From contig OX638164.1 of assembly GCA_951804945.1 (NCBI GenBank), forward strand, positions 42,842,001 to 42,906,000: 64,000 nucleotides of DNA. The letters are read 5' to 3'. Numbering within the stretch: position 1 is the stretch's first letter; every line of letters starts with the position of its first letter. Made by a program: the position numbers and the translations under genes. This stretch comes from Podarcis cretensis (Eukaryota). Shown here piece by piece: positions 49,014 to 62,984 of this stretch. A model generated the notes under the pieces. It worked only from the letters and a program-made list of their open reading frames with translations. It ran no database searches and was not told the DNA's origin.

Positions 49014-49279
49014 CAAATAGAACCTCCCAAACGAAAGGTGAGATACCTCCAAATACTGGGGGGTGGGGGTGGGAGCAAGAACAAAGGCATTTGGCTGCCT
49101 AGACCAGAACCTAAGCTTCTGAAGATGACAGCCAAGAGACGGAGGCAGGCAGGCAGACAAAGAGAATCAGGACCTTCTCCGCTTGGACTGCTCCTCCAGC
49201 CAACTTTATGCTATAGATCACTTGTTTTAGTGATTCAGAATTCTAAGCCACCTTGGCAACAGAGGCTGATTCCTTAGGG

Positions 49280-49800
49280 CAGAGGTTTTCAACCTTTTTG
49301 AGTCCATGGCTCCGTTAACCAACTACATTCTTTCTGTGGCACCCCTGTGGGGCTCAGGAGTCCAGTTAGGTCACCCTTGCCTGCAGAGCTGGCAGCCTCT
49401 CACCCTTTTTCAAACACCCGCCCTTGTGAAGTGTTCCCTCTCTGAGCTGCCCCTCTCCTGCCCCACAGGGGCCTGGGACTTGTCTGTCCATTCCCAACAG
49501 CAAGGGCTGGAGAACTGGCTGGCTGGGCTCCCTCATCCAATTGCTTGCTTACTCCAAGGCTGCCTCAGCTCCTGGCAACCAGCACCTCCTGGCCAGCCCC
49601 AGAATACCATTCGCCTGGGAAGCTTGTAGCCAGGGCTACAGCCACAAACAGCTGTGCAAGCCTTTGGGAGGCAGAGACGCAAGAGGGCATCAGAGGAGGG
49701 AGGGTAGGAAAGAGGGACAGAGGCCAGTGTTGCCCACAGCAGCCCTGACCATCATTCAAGGCACCCCAGGGTGACACAGCACGCAGGTTGAAAACCACTG
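49280..49800. mobile_element. Non-autonomous hAT transposon
   Basis: TIRs cagaggttttcaacct / aggttgaaaaccactg, and an 8-bp TSD ccttaggg / tcttaggg. Confidence 0.85.
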
Positions 49801-50552
49801 TCTTAGGGTGAACAGGGCACTGCCCCACCAACCCGTCTGCCATCAGCCAGCCCCCAACTAGCCTGCCTTTCTACTTGAAACCTGTCTAAGGGGAAGCCTG
49901 TCAGCTTCCTCCTCCTCCTCCTCCTCCTCCCTAGTCTCAGTGTTGCCCTATAAAACTTAGCAGGGAAGCAGAGGATGGGGCAAAACTAGAGCGGCTCTGG
50001 CTGCACTTACTGTTGATCTCCCTGCCTCCTGCCCTACAGTGTCCCAAAGGCACCAGCAACCACTGCGTCTTCGGTGCCCTGGCAGAAAGGCAATATATAA
50101 ATGCAATGGATGATAGATTTAATAAGATTAGATACTGATTTAGAAGCAGAAGCAATTTCACCCCCCCCAAAAAAAGCCCTAAGAACCTGCTTCCCTAGAG
50201 GGCTGCCCAAGCTTGACCAACAAGTTGCTTCAAGTATCTGCTTCCTATGGCCCCAACCAGAGTTGCTCAGGGTCAAATGCTTCTCCAACATCTAACTTTT
50301 AGGGGCTCTGGAGCACTACGTAACTTCTGTATTCTTCATACACGAGACGCTAACACTGCTGATGCCTGTGGAAAACAGACAAGGAGTTGAACGCAGCAAG
50401 AGAGTGCTTAGGCGGCCACCGGCGGAGTCTTCCCAGCGTCTTTTTTCCAGAAGCAGAAATGCAGGCGGAAGATGCCAGAGCACAAGAAAAAAGTACACCG
50501 TTTGAGAGGCAAGGGACCAGGATGGCACCCTGGGCTGGTTATGTCAATATAC

Positions 50553-50781
50553 CGTTGGCCAGGTGGCTGTTCCCTCCGTGGCGAATAATGTCACTGAAAC
50601 TCCGTTTCATTTTCTCATAGCAGGCAAAGTACAGGGCATGCGCTGGGCCGGCTCCCACCACAGTCACGTTGATCCCTCGCAAGGGTCTCCAGAAGCCTTC
50701 CGTCTGGATCATCTTCTTCAGGGCCTCAAACACACTTCTGTACTGGGCTTTGGGGTCAGGCTGCAAACTCTGCATCCGGGT
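50553..50781 (-). CDS. SLC25A37: Mitoferrin-1, exon 2 (229 nt)
   Basis: '[14 protein letters not shown]...[17 protein letters not shown]...NSHLAN', with ctag| acceptor and |gtatat donor. Exon 1 was not found in the window. Confidence 0.95.
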
Positions 50782-51375
50782 CTAGAAAGAAGGAAGTGAA
50801 GAAGCATGAGGAAAGCAGCCCTTGATGGCCCCCAGGATTAAGTTGAGGGCATCAGGTTCTGCCACTGAGCTTTTTTATCTAATCTAATCTAATCTATCTA
50901 TCTATCTATGCATTTTTGCACTCAAGTGCCACAAAGGCAGCCACACCGATAAAACAAAGCCATTACACTCAGCAGCAAAACAAAACAGAATAAAACTACT
51001 CAACTGACAGTGCATTTGAAAGGAAAAGCGCTACCTAGTCCACTTGAAAGAGGATTGCAACAGAGATTGCCATCTCTAGCTACCTTCCCAGTTAAACACA
51101 ACACGCCTGGGTGAATAAGAAAGGTTTTGCCTGGTGCCTAAAAACAGCCAGTGACTGTGCCAGGCATGCTCTCCTGGGGGAGCATTCCCCAAACAGGGAG
51201 CTATCACGGAACAGGCCCCTTATTGAGTTGGCATATGAAGCCGGGACTCAGACAATGTCCAGGTTGGTTCATGTGGGACAAGGCAGTCCTGGAGGAGCTA
51301 TGAACTAATCTGTAAAGACCTGTTTTAAAAATGAATATATAAGCCAAGGAACCTTACACACAGGCTCCAACAGCA

Positions 51376-51393
51376 CACCAGCAGGGGGCGCTA
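51376..51393 (+). promoter_or_regulatory. CTCF consensus motif
   Basis: caCCAGCAGGGGGCGCTa is a near-perfect core match. Confidence 0.6.
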
Positions 51394-54300
51394 TAACTCA
51401 GCCAAACAGGATAGCACTCTCTCCCCACAAAACCCGGACCCTGAGAACTTTATTGCTGTTACTCTCAATACAACAGAAGCTGCAAACGAGAACTGTATGT
51501 ACTTGCTCGCATGTCTCAGTAATGAGCACCCACTTTAAGCAAGAGTAGAAATGAGTAGGACAAAGCAAGCGCCTTCTGTGGTTTCAGAGCCACATTATTC
51601 TGGGCCTGTTGTGCAAAAGCCAATTTTAATTTGTGCTGTAAAGATAATCATGCTGGGAAATGGTTTGGGGTAGAAGCAGCAGAAGATCAAGTACCAGGGC
51701 TAAGTGACAAACTATAAATTAACATCATCAGATCTAGTTGGCACAGATATGAAATTGTTGCTCCTCCAAAAAAATGTGCAATCTTCACTCAAACTTCCCT
51801 TTTGTAAGATAGCAAATCCGGCACCATTTTAAAAAAGGAATCTGGGGGAGCTTGGAAGTTTCAGATCCTTTAACTTGGCTTCTGTCCCAGGTAAACTGGC
51901 CCAAAGCATGGCACTAAAGCAGGAATCATTAAAATGAAGAGCAGGCTTTGACAAGGAAGAATCAGCATGACTTCCAAACAGGAAGCTTATCATACCTAGC
52001 ATGCATTGAGGCCACACCTTGATGAAAGCAGAAGATAAAAACCCCACGGCCCGCCTAATTACTATATATGAATTTTGGAAAAGACTGAAATATTATGAGA
52101 ATTGAAATTTGTATTCCCCCCCCCCTACTTATATTGTACACATATTGGGGGGAAACCCTGACACCCCCACCCAAGTATTTATATATGCCTACCTGGTTGA
52201 GAAACACCTGTCTAAAATCAGGGATTGTTACAGAGGAGCTCATCCCAACCTACACTCTGCACACACCCCAGAATTACATTATTATCAGTATTGTCATTAT
52301 TTTGCTCAGCAGGTGGCAGTGCACTGAGCACAGAACACAGAGAAAAAGCAAGTCTGGGTGCTGACTGCATGTATCATGCACCGGTTACTGTCAGAGTAGG
52401 ACCTGGGAGACCAGGGTCCGAATCCCCACTCAGCCGTGAAGCTCACTGGGTGCCCTTGCGCCAGTTGCTCACTCTCTGCCTAACCTACAGGGAATAAATG
52501 AGGAGGGGGAGAAGCATGTAGACCACCTTGAGCTGCTTGGAGAAAAAGCTGCAGTGTAAATTAGCCCCAGAGAGCAAAAACAAATCCTGGTATTGTATTG
52601 TATTGTGGCATCCACAGTGACTCAGCAATCAAACCTATTGTTCTGGAGTGTCCTCTCTCTCTAGGCCTGAGCTCAAACATATGAAAAAAATTGTGAGATT
52701 ACAGCTAGCACACAAGCTAAGCCTGAAGTGTGATGCAGCTGCAAAAGGCAACAGGCACATGTGATTTGAAGTAAAAAGAACCACATTTCCAAGCCATGAG
52801 CATCAATGGTGTCACTTTATTCCGCACTAGCTACACCTCCTCTGGCACACGATGTATCCCTCTGGTGCCACACTTTCTAAAAAAAGTATAGTCCGGGGTG
52901 TCCAACCTGAGGCCCTTGAGTTGTTTCTGAACTTCAACTTCCACCAGCCCCAGCCGTCATAGTCAGGGATGATGGGAGTTGTGTTTCAGCATTATTTGGA
53001 GAGCTACAGGTTCCCCATTTCTGAAACAGAGAAAGTGGAAAGTGTTCAGGAAGAAGACAACGACAATGGTCAGAGGTATAAAAATAAGTCCTTAGATTGT
53101 GGAGGGTGGAAAGATGATAGAACTCTTCAAATCCTCCAACAGCGATCAAACAGAAGAGGACACATCCGCACCGTACATTTAAAGCACATCCACACCACTT
53201 TAACAGTTCATTTATCAAAGAGCTACAGTTTGCAGCAGCCTACAAACTACAGTTCCCAGGATTATTTGAGGGAAAGCCATTCTCAAGTGCACCCACCTCA
53301 CCCAACAACCCTATGATTCAAATGCTAATTATCGCATTCGTGCTTTTTGGAATCTGTGTCCAAGCGCATGATCTCAGGACAGCAAGACTCTGGGATGCAA
53401 TTCAAGCTACTTGGCTGGAAGGAAGAACCAATGCTGGACGTGTCCCAACAGCCTAATGTCAGCCTGAGCAATGCAGATCACTGTCATTCTGTGCAAATGC
53501 TCATTAGCTCTCGCTTCCCTGCTCATTAAACATGTCTGAAAATGTACCTGCTCTCAAAGCTTACAAGTTTTGTGCGCATGTGCTAATGATATTCCACCAA
53601 GGTACAGCCAAAAGGTATACAGTATAGTCAAGCTGTGCCATGGTCTCAGGTGCTCCAGCTCTTCAGTGGCAAAGCTAGGAACTCACTAGCCAGCCAAGAA
53701 ATCTCCACCTTGCTGTTTTAATTGCTTAAGGCAATGCTTAATAGTCACCTGGATTGTTTCTACTGGTTCAGGGCTGGGCTGATTAAGTTGCCGTAAAATC
53801 AAAGCAGAGGCCCAGCAAGTCTACTCAAGCCCACAGAGCTGCTTGCTTGCGTCTCTCCTTTGAAGAACGGCATTCCAACCTGGAGCACAAAACCACTCTG
53901 AGCAGCGGGACACCATCTCTCGCTCTGCAGTCTTACAGCTCTGCCTCAGCGAGAAGAGGGGGTTCCCACCACCTTGCCACTGTCAACAGCAAGGTGCAAA
54001 TCCAGGCTTCCTTACTAACATAAGTACAGCAAATCCCACTTCAACACAACCACCTATTTTCAAGGATGAAAAAGGGATGCAATTCTAATCCCAGAAGATT
54101 GTCTCATTTGCTGCAAAGAAAAATGCAAGAGAAGAATTACAGCAGATAAACACCAATTTGCCAGCTGCCAAAAAACTTGAGATTGGCCAGTCACATGATG
54201 AACACATAACCAGCCTTGGCACAGCCTTCCTAGAAGCAATTAAAGGAACTGTGTATTTATATCACATTTGCGTTTATATCACATTTGCATGTATTTATGT

Positions 54301-57300
54301 ATTTATTCATTTATTCCATATATCTCCCTGCCTCCCAAAGGGACTTGGGTCAGCAATCTGGAAAGCAAGCAAAAGCCATACCAATGCCTATGTGCTTCTC
54401 CAAGTCAATTTCAAGCAGTACTTTTTTCGGGGGGTACTTTGGGGTACACAGCACTGACACCTCTTTTTTGGTTGCTGTTAAAAAGTGTGGCACTTACTGT
54501 AACGACTTCTATTGTCTATTGTGTGAGGCAAACATGCTTGTCATCAATGCCTCCCAAAGCAGGCAAAGTAGTTTTAGGAGACTGATCTTGAAGATCTTAC
54601 ACACACACTTATATTATTAATAATTGCTTGATAATAATATTGCAGAAAACAAATAGCATCTATAATGTTGATTTCAGGTGTTGAGATGCTCCTGAAAGGC
54701 CAGACTTCTGCTCTAGGCTTTCCATGTCTTCCCCTGCCCTGTGGAACAGAATCCCTGTTGAGATATAAAGAGTGGGACACACTCTTTATACTTCCTGGAA
54801 ACCACTGAAGATACTTTTGTTTCCCGAAGCTTTTCCTAACGTACGTGAAACCAACGTTATTATGGCACTTGTAGAAAAGGCTGCAGCCGGGGAGCAGCGT
54901 TGGAACCCCTAGAGAGGCACTGCCTGTCAGAAAAGTCAATCCTGAGCTACAAGGTCCAATTGCCTGACTCTAGACAAGCTCCCATGGGGACCCACCTAAG
55001 GCCATATTGTCAAAGGGAAGAGACAAGGAAAGAAAGTTGTGCATCTCAAGGACATAAAAAATAACACCCATCTTTAATAAGCACGTTTTCATACCCTGAA
55101 GTGCTCCAAACATTGGTCTGCCCTTTTAGATAAAACAGAAAGTGAAGCCACGATTACCAGGTTTATCACGGCCTGACAAATATAAAGGCAACAACAGAAT
55201 TATGTAAGATGTCTTAGGGCCGGGGTTTTTTTTTTGGGGGGGGGGGAGGTCCAGTCCGAGAATGGATTTATTTTGAGGATTTGTGAGTATTGGGCTTTGC
55301 TTCCTTTTACACTCACAACAAAAACTTGTTAACTAAGCCCGTCATACAAAGCCAGATCACTTTCCAGGGATAGCTGGTCCAAGGGATAAATGCAAAGGGG
55401 GAAATGGAGCAGGGACATATTTGAAATATTTGAGCACCACACCCAGTTTAGTCACAAGGAGGTTTATGTAAAATGAATCCTTCAGCATGTTTACACTATT
55501 ACAAAGGACACCCGTGTCTGCAAGACAGATCTGAAAATGTAGGCAGATATCAGAGCCTGCTGTTCCTGCTATATACACATACACAACTGCCTAGATCAGG
55601 CAAAAGGTCTACTGAGTCCAGCATTTTGTTTTGTTATGAATTACAAGGGGAACCTGGAGCAAGACGCTGAGGTGCGGAGGGCTCTAGTTCAGGGTTCTAG
55701 CCAGCCATGCCCAAACTCCATTCCTGGATTTTCTGCTCTCCACCCCGCCCCGCCCCCCAATTTCAATAGTGCACTGAATATGCTCAGTCCTCACTGGGTT
55801 CTCTTTTGAGGGGCGGGGGTCTCGCCCCACCCTCTGCAAGGAATGCTGTCTATCTGCAAATCATGGAGTGCCTGAAAGCCCACAGATACCTCCTCCTTGC
55901 ATGCAAACTGTGCCATTAGAGGTGTATTGGGCAGGAGCGGGGAATCTCTAGTCAGGAGGCCATTTCTCACCCACCAGCCCCACACATGTGATGTTACCCC
56001 GATAGATAGGATCCACTTTGGAAGAGTGAATTTGCTGTTACTACTGCACAGGATTGTTTTGCCCTTCAAAATGACACCCCCCACACACACCAAGACAGCT
56101 TGACAGATATAAACGCAAGCCATTTTTTAAAGAACTGCACATTGAAACTGCTTAAGAACACCCAAATGGAGCTTGCAGACCCCACTTTGGTCTAAGGACA
56201 ACAGTTTGAAAATATATTGCCAAGGGTGCTCTATCACTGAGCTACAGTCCTGGCTTTTGCATCAGCAAGATGAGCATGGAAGTTGTTAAAATGAATGAAC
56301 ACCCAGCTCTCTGTGCAGGGTGTTGCAGGGACTGCATTTGACAAATTACAGCATTTCTGGCAAGTCCATTCACTTGCAAAACATACTTTCTGCTTTGAAG
56401 GGAACTGTGACACTTAGCAGCCCTGCTCAGCTGCTCTGATTTCATCACACGTAACCCATATGATTGCAAGCCTTCATAGCCATAGGCAGAGGGGTTTTTA
56501 AGCTTTTAGGACGAAAGTGATTCTCAACTTCATGCCCGATTTCAATACAATTATGGAATAAGAGAATGCAGACCAACAGACACTGGAAGAGCATAAAGCC
56601 CAGCTGTGCCTTTCTGCCACTCATCAGTGTTAGAAACTCAGCTATATAAGCTAGGTGCCAAATGGCTCCTTAAACCAAGGTTACAGTCGCCAAAACAGAT
56701 TGTCTATAGTTGCCATTTTGGGGCCAGACAGCTAAATCCTGTTTTTCAAATGACTGACTGTCACCTGGCTTATTCAGATGACAATCTGGAGCTAGGTTAA
56801 GAACTTTGAGAACTTAAGGAAGAAAAGTCACTTTATCCACATATATATTGGATGACTCCTGCCTCTTTTTGTTAATGGTGGCATGCAGTGCTATTTTTCT
56901 AGAAAAAGTGGTGCCAGAACTCGCCCTGAATGCGTCCCTCTTCCTCTTAGAATAGCAATGGTGCCTACCTGAGAGGTGCTAGAACTCACCTGAGAGATGC
57001 CAAAACTGAGTTCATGAGTTCCAGCTGAAAAAGCCCTAGGCATGGACCATTCATAACGTAAGAATATTCTTCACAACTGCAAGCAGGGCACTAGGGCGGA
57101 GTAAGTGAAGCAAGCTACAACAAGTGACTATAATGTTGTTCAGCGCTCCTATTCTGGCTGCACAGAAAAAGCATTTTGGTTCCTGAAATTCATTCTGATT
57201 GTGCATATAAAATATAACTGACATGTGGTTATATACAGGATGTGGTATTAGTGTGTGAAAACTGTTGAGATCCAAGGAGCCCCAGGCATGAACCCCTAGA

Positions 57301-57479
57301 TGGTGGAGATATCAGACAACATCCTGGCGCCCGGGCATCTTCACTTGGTTCCAAGGGGCTAAGAATTTCAAATACTCCTTCAAGGCTTATAGTACAAAAC
57401 GCCCCTGGGTGAAGAACACAGAAGTGTGCCTGGGAAATAACATCATGAGCAGCGGCCTAGCGTGGGTTGTCAGCATCCG

Positions 57480-57970
57480 GGGCAAGGCAAGTAATTTGCG
57501 CCCCTAACCCCTAACCTGCTGCCGCTGCCAGCTTCTTCTTGCTGCTGCCTGGGCTGGGGTATTTACGGTAAGGTAGCCACAGCGGCGGCGGCAGATCCGT
57601 GTCAGGTGATCTGAGGCGAGTTGCCGCTGGCGCTGCCGCCCAAACGACGCCGCTTGCCCGGAGGAGGAGGGCAGAGAGGCGAGGAAAATGCAACATGGCC
57701 CAGCAGCTGCAGCGGCAGCGGGGCTGTGAGGAGGAGCTGCCTGGCGCGCCCTCCATGGCCCTGACGCGCGGGGACCGCGGCGAGCACTGAGAGCCGCTGC
57801 CTGCTGGACGCCTTCAGCCCGGACGTGCACACAGCTCGTCGGTTCCGCGAGACATGGGGCTCTGCTACAGCCTGTGCCCGAGGCTCTTCGGCGACTCCGG
57901 AGGCGGCGAGCGCCCCCCCCCCCGATGTTGTGCCCGGTGCGGCCGGCCCCCCCGTACCCCTCACGCTACG
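57480..57970. promoter_or_regulatory. Intronic CpG island in SLC25A37 intron 1
   Basis: About 500 bp, GC- and CpG-dense, not recognised as a TE. Confidence 0.65.
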
Positions 57971-60900
57971 CCACTGATCATGAGGCACCTGTTAAGACTG
58001 GCTTGGTAAGGAATCACATTGGTGCACACTCTTGCAAACAAGCTTTCTGCACGCAAGGGGGTGGGAAGGGTTTTGCACTCATCTTGGACAAGCCATTCTT
58101 TGGCAATGGAAACAAAATCCTGGCAGTTCCCATTTGCACACACTCTCTAGCCGCTTGAATCAGCACCAAAAAATATCTCTCCAAGCTGAGCATCATATGA
58201 ACATCTGAAATGCCCTTACACTCAGACCACGAGTCCACCCTGACCAGGACTTCCTGGTATTATAAAATTAATTTTGTAAAGAAATGCACAGCATCCCATT
58301 CCTCACAGTGGCCAACCAGATGCCTCAATGGTGAACCTACAAATAGGGCATGAACAGAACAGCATTCTGCCACTGATGTTCCCATGCAGAACCTTTATTC
58401 GCAGGAAGGCCACCCTTGATCTTGATGCTATCATGGCTGGTTGGCTTTGGCAGCCTTATCCTCCACAGCAAGAACCCTCAACGAAGACCATCACGTGAGA
58501 TAAACCCGGAAGGGCTGTAGATATCTTGTAAAAGCCCTGGGTAGCACCCCATGCTGATCATACTCAGACCCACTGAAATTTGCAGACATGGCTAACCTAG
58601 GTCCGAGTATTCAATGGGTCTCCTCTTGAGTAGATGGGGCTCCTCAACCTGGTAAGGTGGCCCATTTAGAAGAAGAAAAACTCTGGTCCTAAATCTCCGC
58701 TGCCTTGTGGAACATCTTCAGGAGAAGAAAAGGCTAAGGGGCAAACCCTACACAAATCTGGAATGGAGTCCCTCAGATGGTTGGATGGCACCTTGTACGC
58801 CTCCTTCCAGCAACTCCTGCACTGACTGCTACTCCTCACTGTCTCAGGTAGAGATACCTTTTTATGCCCCTCTAAGGCATCCAATCCATTGGATCCCCAC
58901 AGTTCTTGTCCAAGAGCTCTGGAATTTTATGCCTCTGTTTAGATCAGGGTTTCCCAAATTTCTGAGTTCACTGATCCCTTTATGAGCTTATAAAGTCGGT
59001 ATTAACTGCAACCCAAATTCTTGGGAATGTAAATGAAATACAATCAAGAAAAATCAATATATAACCAACATTTATCTATCAATCACCATTCCCAAGAATC
59101 ATAAAATGTTTTTTAAAGGAATATTGTTGCACTGTGGAATCATCTTATTAAATTTAGAAGTTCCTCAATGGCGACAGAAATGCACTCTATACATGCCCAT
59201 GCCCTATATTTCTGGGGCTCATAGCTCCTAATTAAATTTTTCACTCTGTACCTCATAAATGCCTTTTCTAACCCTAGGCCCCCTCACCCTCTTCACAGAC
59301 CCAAAACCCCAGGGAGAGGGGAGGGGAATATCTACCTGGAAACACTGGTTTAGATTGCAACCCACACTGTTATTATGCCCATGAATCCAGGATCTGTGCT
59401 ACCCATCAGATTTATCAGTTCAGAAGCCAACATGAAGCATATGCAGGGCCTGCCCAATATATTTTGCTGCTTCAGGTGAGGAACAAGACAGTAGTAGTAG
59501 TAGTAATTTATTTATACCCCACCCATCTGGCTGGGTTTCCCCAGCCTCTCTGGGTGGCTCCCAACAGAATATAGAAAATGGAATAAAACATCACACATTA
59601 AAAACTTCCCTAAACAAAGCTGCGTTCAGATGTCTTCTAAAAGTCAGATAGTAGTTTATTTCCTTGACATCTGATGGGAGGGCATTCCCCAGGGCAGGCG
59701 CCACTACCAAGAAGGCCCTCTGCCTGGTTCCCTGTAACTTTGCTTCTCACAGTGAGGGAACCGCCAGAAGGCCCTCGGAGCTGGACCTCAGTGTCTGGGT
59801 TGAATGATGGGGGTGGATACGCTCCTTCAGATATACTGGACCGAGGCCGTTTAGGGCTTTAAAGGTCAGCACCCACACTTTGAATTGTGCTCGGAAACGT
59901 ACTGGGAGACAATGTAGGTCTTTAAGGACCAGTGTTATATGGTACCTCCACTCCTTGGCTTACATGTTCAGAAGCTGACTGGACTAGCAATCATGGCAAT
60001 TGTGGCCACCACAAATGAGAGCAGTAGGCAAGTTTGGAGGGTGCATAGCACATACAGCCATCTTTCCACTACCTTGCTGCCACTTCCTGCCCTCCTGCCC
60101 AGCATCTGATGCCTGAAGGAGCTGACTCCCTCTGCCTAATGGTAGTACTGGCCTTGGACAGGCCTCAAAAATAAAAAAGCATCTGGAATCTACATTGCAG
60201 TAGCAAAGCACATATGACTAAGATCCATGAACGCTGGCCCTGGCATTCCTGTCTGTGGAGAGATGCCACTAAAATGCTATTCTAGTAAAATGCAGCCAAA
60301 GAAATCCCTTTTAATGGTGAACTTTAGTTTCCATTTAGCTTCTTGCAGACTATTTTGGGACATTGCATTCTGAGATTTACATTCCTAGCACAAAGCTGCA
60401 CTGGAAAACAAAATATGTCACAAGGCTTTGGTATTGAATCCCCTTTGGCTATGTCAATAAAAGCTAAAACAAAGATGTCTTGCAAGTGTGGACCCTGAAG
60501 CAGAACCAGTAGCAGCTTGTGCTTGCCCAAGAATGGGAAATGCATGCAACTGCAGCCTGTGTGAAAACGGGGCTAGAGGGAAGCACTGTATTTTAGGAAT
60601 CCAAGCAGTTATGCTCCTTGGACATTCTTCATACTGGAGTACCGGTAGTGATAACCATGGACTTTTAATGCCCAGTGCAGAGAGCAGTCAGTGCCTCCAA
60701 AATGTGGGGATGCTACAAGTCCCACTCATCCTGACAAGTCAATCCTCCACATCTGGGCTGTTGCTCAGTGATGGAGTAGGTGCTTTGCATACAGAAGATT
60801 ACAGAGTCAATCCTTGACAAACCCAGGGATGAGCTTTGCCCTCTTCGATCCAACAGCCCTTCAGGAAGTCATGGTACTTCTGCATCTTTGAACTTCTCCA

Positions 60901-61818
60901 CAGCAGGAAGGCACTCAGCCAACATGGCTGCTCCCATCACTGCACCGCCTGGGAAGGAAAAGCCCCACCTACTGGCTCTTAAAGTGCTGAAAGGAAATAG
61001 GGCAAGCTAGAGCAAGAAAAATAAATCCCAGCCTTCTAGCTGACTACACATTATTAACAGTTAATAAGCCTCCTGCAGGGCGGGCACCCAAATTTGAACA
61101 CAAACTCATTAAAAAAGAAGAAGTCCCAGCACCTAGAGAGATGTGAAGGTCCAGTGGGGGATGGGGATGGGGACAGAATAATGGGGAGGATTTTTCCATT
61201 TTTCCATTTTTCTTCCAGGCCTTCACATATAATGGAGCTGCATTCCGGAAGAAGAGAAATTTTGGGTGCAACCCACAACACAAAGACACTTGCACAAAAT
61301 AACTTGCAGAAGCCTCCCTTTGTTTTTCTCTCTTTTGAGAATGGAGATCCCAGCAGCTGCCCTAACTCTGGGGGAAGGATCCTTATTCCAGTCTTACAAA
61401 TGAGGCAGCTGCCCTCAAAAAACCTCATCAAGCAGAACTAATGACACACAGAGATAAGGATGAGTCCTGATCCTAGCACTGGTTTAGCTTTTACTGTGAA
61501 TCCACATCAGATTTTTTTCTTAGCTTACTGTGCGCTGCCCAAATAATCACCATTATGAGGCACCTAATAAATAAACAGCTTAAAGGAGGCAACCCTGAAC
61601 AAGAGGGCTCCACCAGTTTTGGCTGGAGTGACTTACTGGGCATGCAAAATTTATGGCCTCACCAACTCCTCCTTTCGGGTAGTCTTGTTCATTTGCACAA
61701 TGCTTCTGCAGGCTGTCTCAGTAACTCCACTCTCCCTAGAAGAGTCCAGCAGGGCATGTGGGTAGGAAGGGAAGAGAACTCACCACCAGAGATGTGGGGA
61801 GGAGGACTTTGCAAAGTA

Positions 61819-61924
61819 CAGTGGTACCTCGGGTTAAGTACTTACCGTAATTCGTTCCAGAGGACCGTTCTTAACCTGAAACTGTTCTTAACCTGAAGCA
61901 CCACTTTAGCTAATGGGGCCACTG
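61819..61924. mobile_element. Internally deleted Tigger-like MITE
   Basis: TA|cagtggtacctc ... ccactg|TA, related to 44005-44245. Confidence 0.7.
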
Positions 61925-62586
61925 TAGAAGCGCTTCTGCTTTGTAAGTTCCTTAGTTAACAATGAATCAGTACCAACTGCAAATGAAGCGTTAGGCAAAC
62001 TGTATTGAAAAGAGGTAGATTTCAAGCATCCCACAAGGGAAACTGCTGCAAAATAGGTACCACAGGGATCCTCTTCACAAAAAAGCACTTTTATTTCATT
62101 TACATATAGTCCCATTCTTCCAAGCTCAGAGCAGCTTGCAAATGTGGAGGCATCGCTTGCAACTACTGACAGACCAACACCCCCCAACACACACTTTTTA
62201 AAATATGTGTTGTGCATCCTTTCCAGCATCTTAGCCCCTGCTCTTCTTCATTGCAGATGCCTCTGTCCCAAGCATTGGGACATCCAGCATTTCCCATGTT
62301 TTGTATACGCAGGGAACAGGATTCACCCCCAGTGCCCACTGCTAGTGTATGGGGCCCTGTAGGCGCTGCTACTCTACCTTGTTATTGTTTCCTGTTCGCC
62401 TGCCCAAGAGAAGAGAAGAAGAGCCCTCTTGGAACAGGCTCAAAGCTCATCTAGTCAGGTATCTTGCTGTCACAGCAGCCAGCCAGATGCCCATGGGAAG
62501 CCCGAAAGCAGGAGCCAAGCATGACAGGACTCTCCTCACCTGTGATTCTCAGCAGCAGCAGCAGCCATTCACATGCCTTCCATTCT

Positions 62587-62716
62587 TAGAATCATAGAAT
62601 TGTAGAGAAGGAGGGTCATCTAGTGCAACCCTCTGCAATGCAGGAATCTTTTGCCCAACTTGGGGCTCAAACCCACGACCCCGAGATTAACAGTCTCATG
62701 CTCTCCCCGCTATCCT
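62587..62716 (-). mobile_element. tRNA-Lys-headed SINE with CR1 3' tail
   Basis: Reverse complement reads 'gagagcatgagactgttaatctcggggtcgtgggtttgagccccaagttgggc' (tRNA-Lys CTT-like), then 'cctgcattgcag...ctagatgaccc...attctatgattcta'. Confidence 0.7.
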
Positions 62717-62984
62717 GCATAGCAGTGCAAGTGGAGCCCAGGAAGGGAAAGAGAGATGGGGGTAAGCAAATGGACAGTTGTCAGAGTGGAGGGGAGAACA
62801 TGGACCAAACTCAGGGCTTCACAACCAAGGATTCCCCTCTATAACCTCAGATGCCATCTTTTTTTAAAAAGGCTCCAGGAAAGCTAAACATTTGAAGGAG
62901 CAATCTACCTGCCTTCACACAAGTAAAAGAGAAGAAGCATCCTTTGAGCAAGGTCACAACTTAGTGGCAGAGTATGAGGTTCCA

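Noticed and set aside
57502-57516. Telomere-like ccctaacccctaacc
   Set aside because: Only two imperfect units, consistent with chance.
57511-57988. SLC25A37 canonical exon 1
   Set aside because: No 'DYE.LP...HM.AGA.AGI.EH..MYP.D.VK' motif in any frame.
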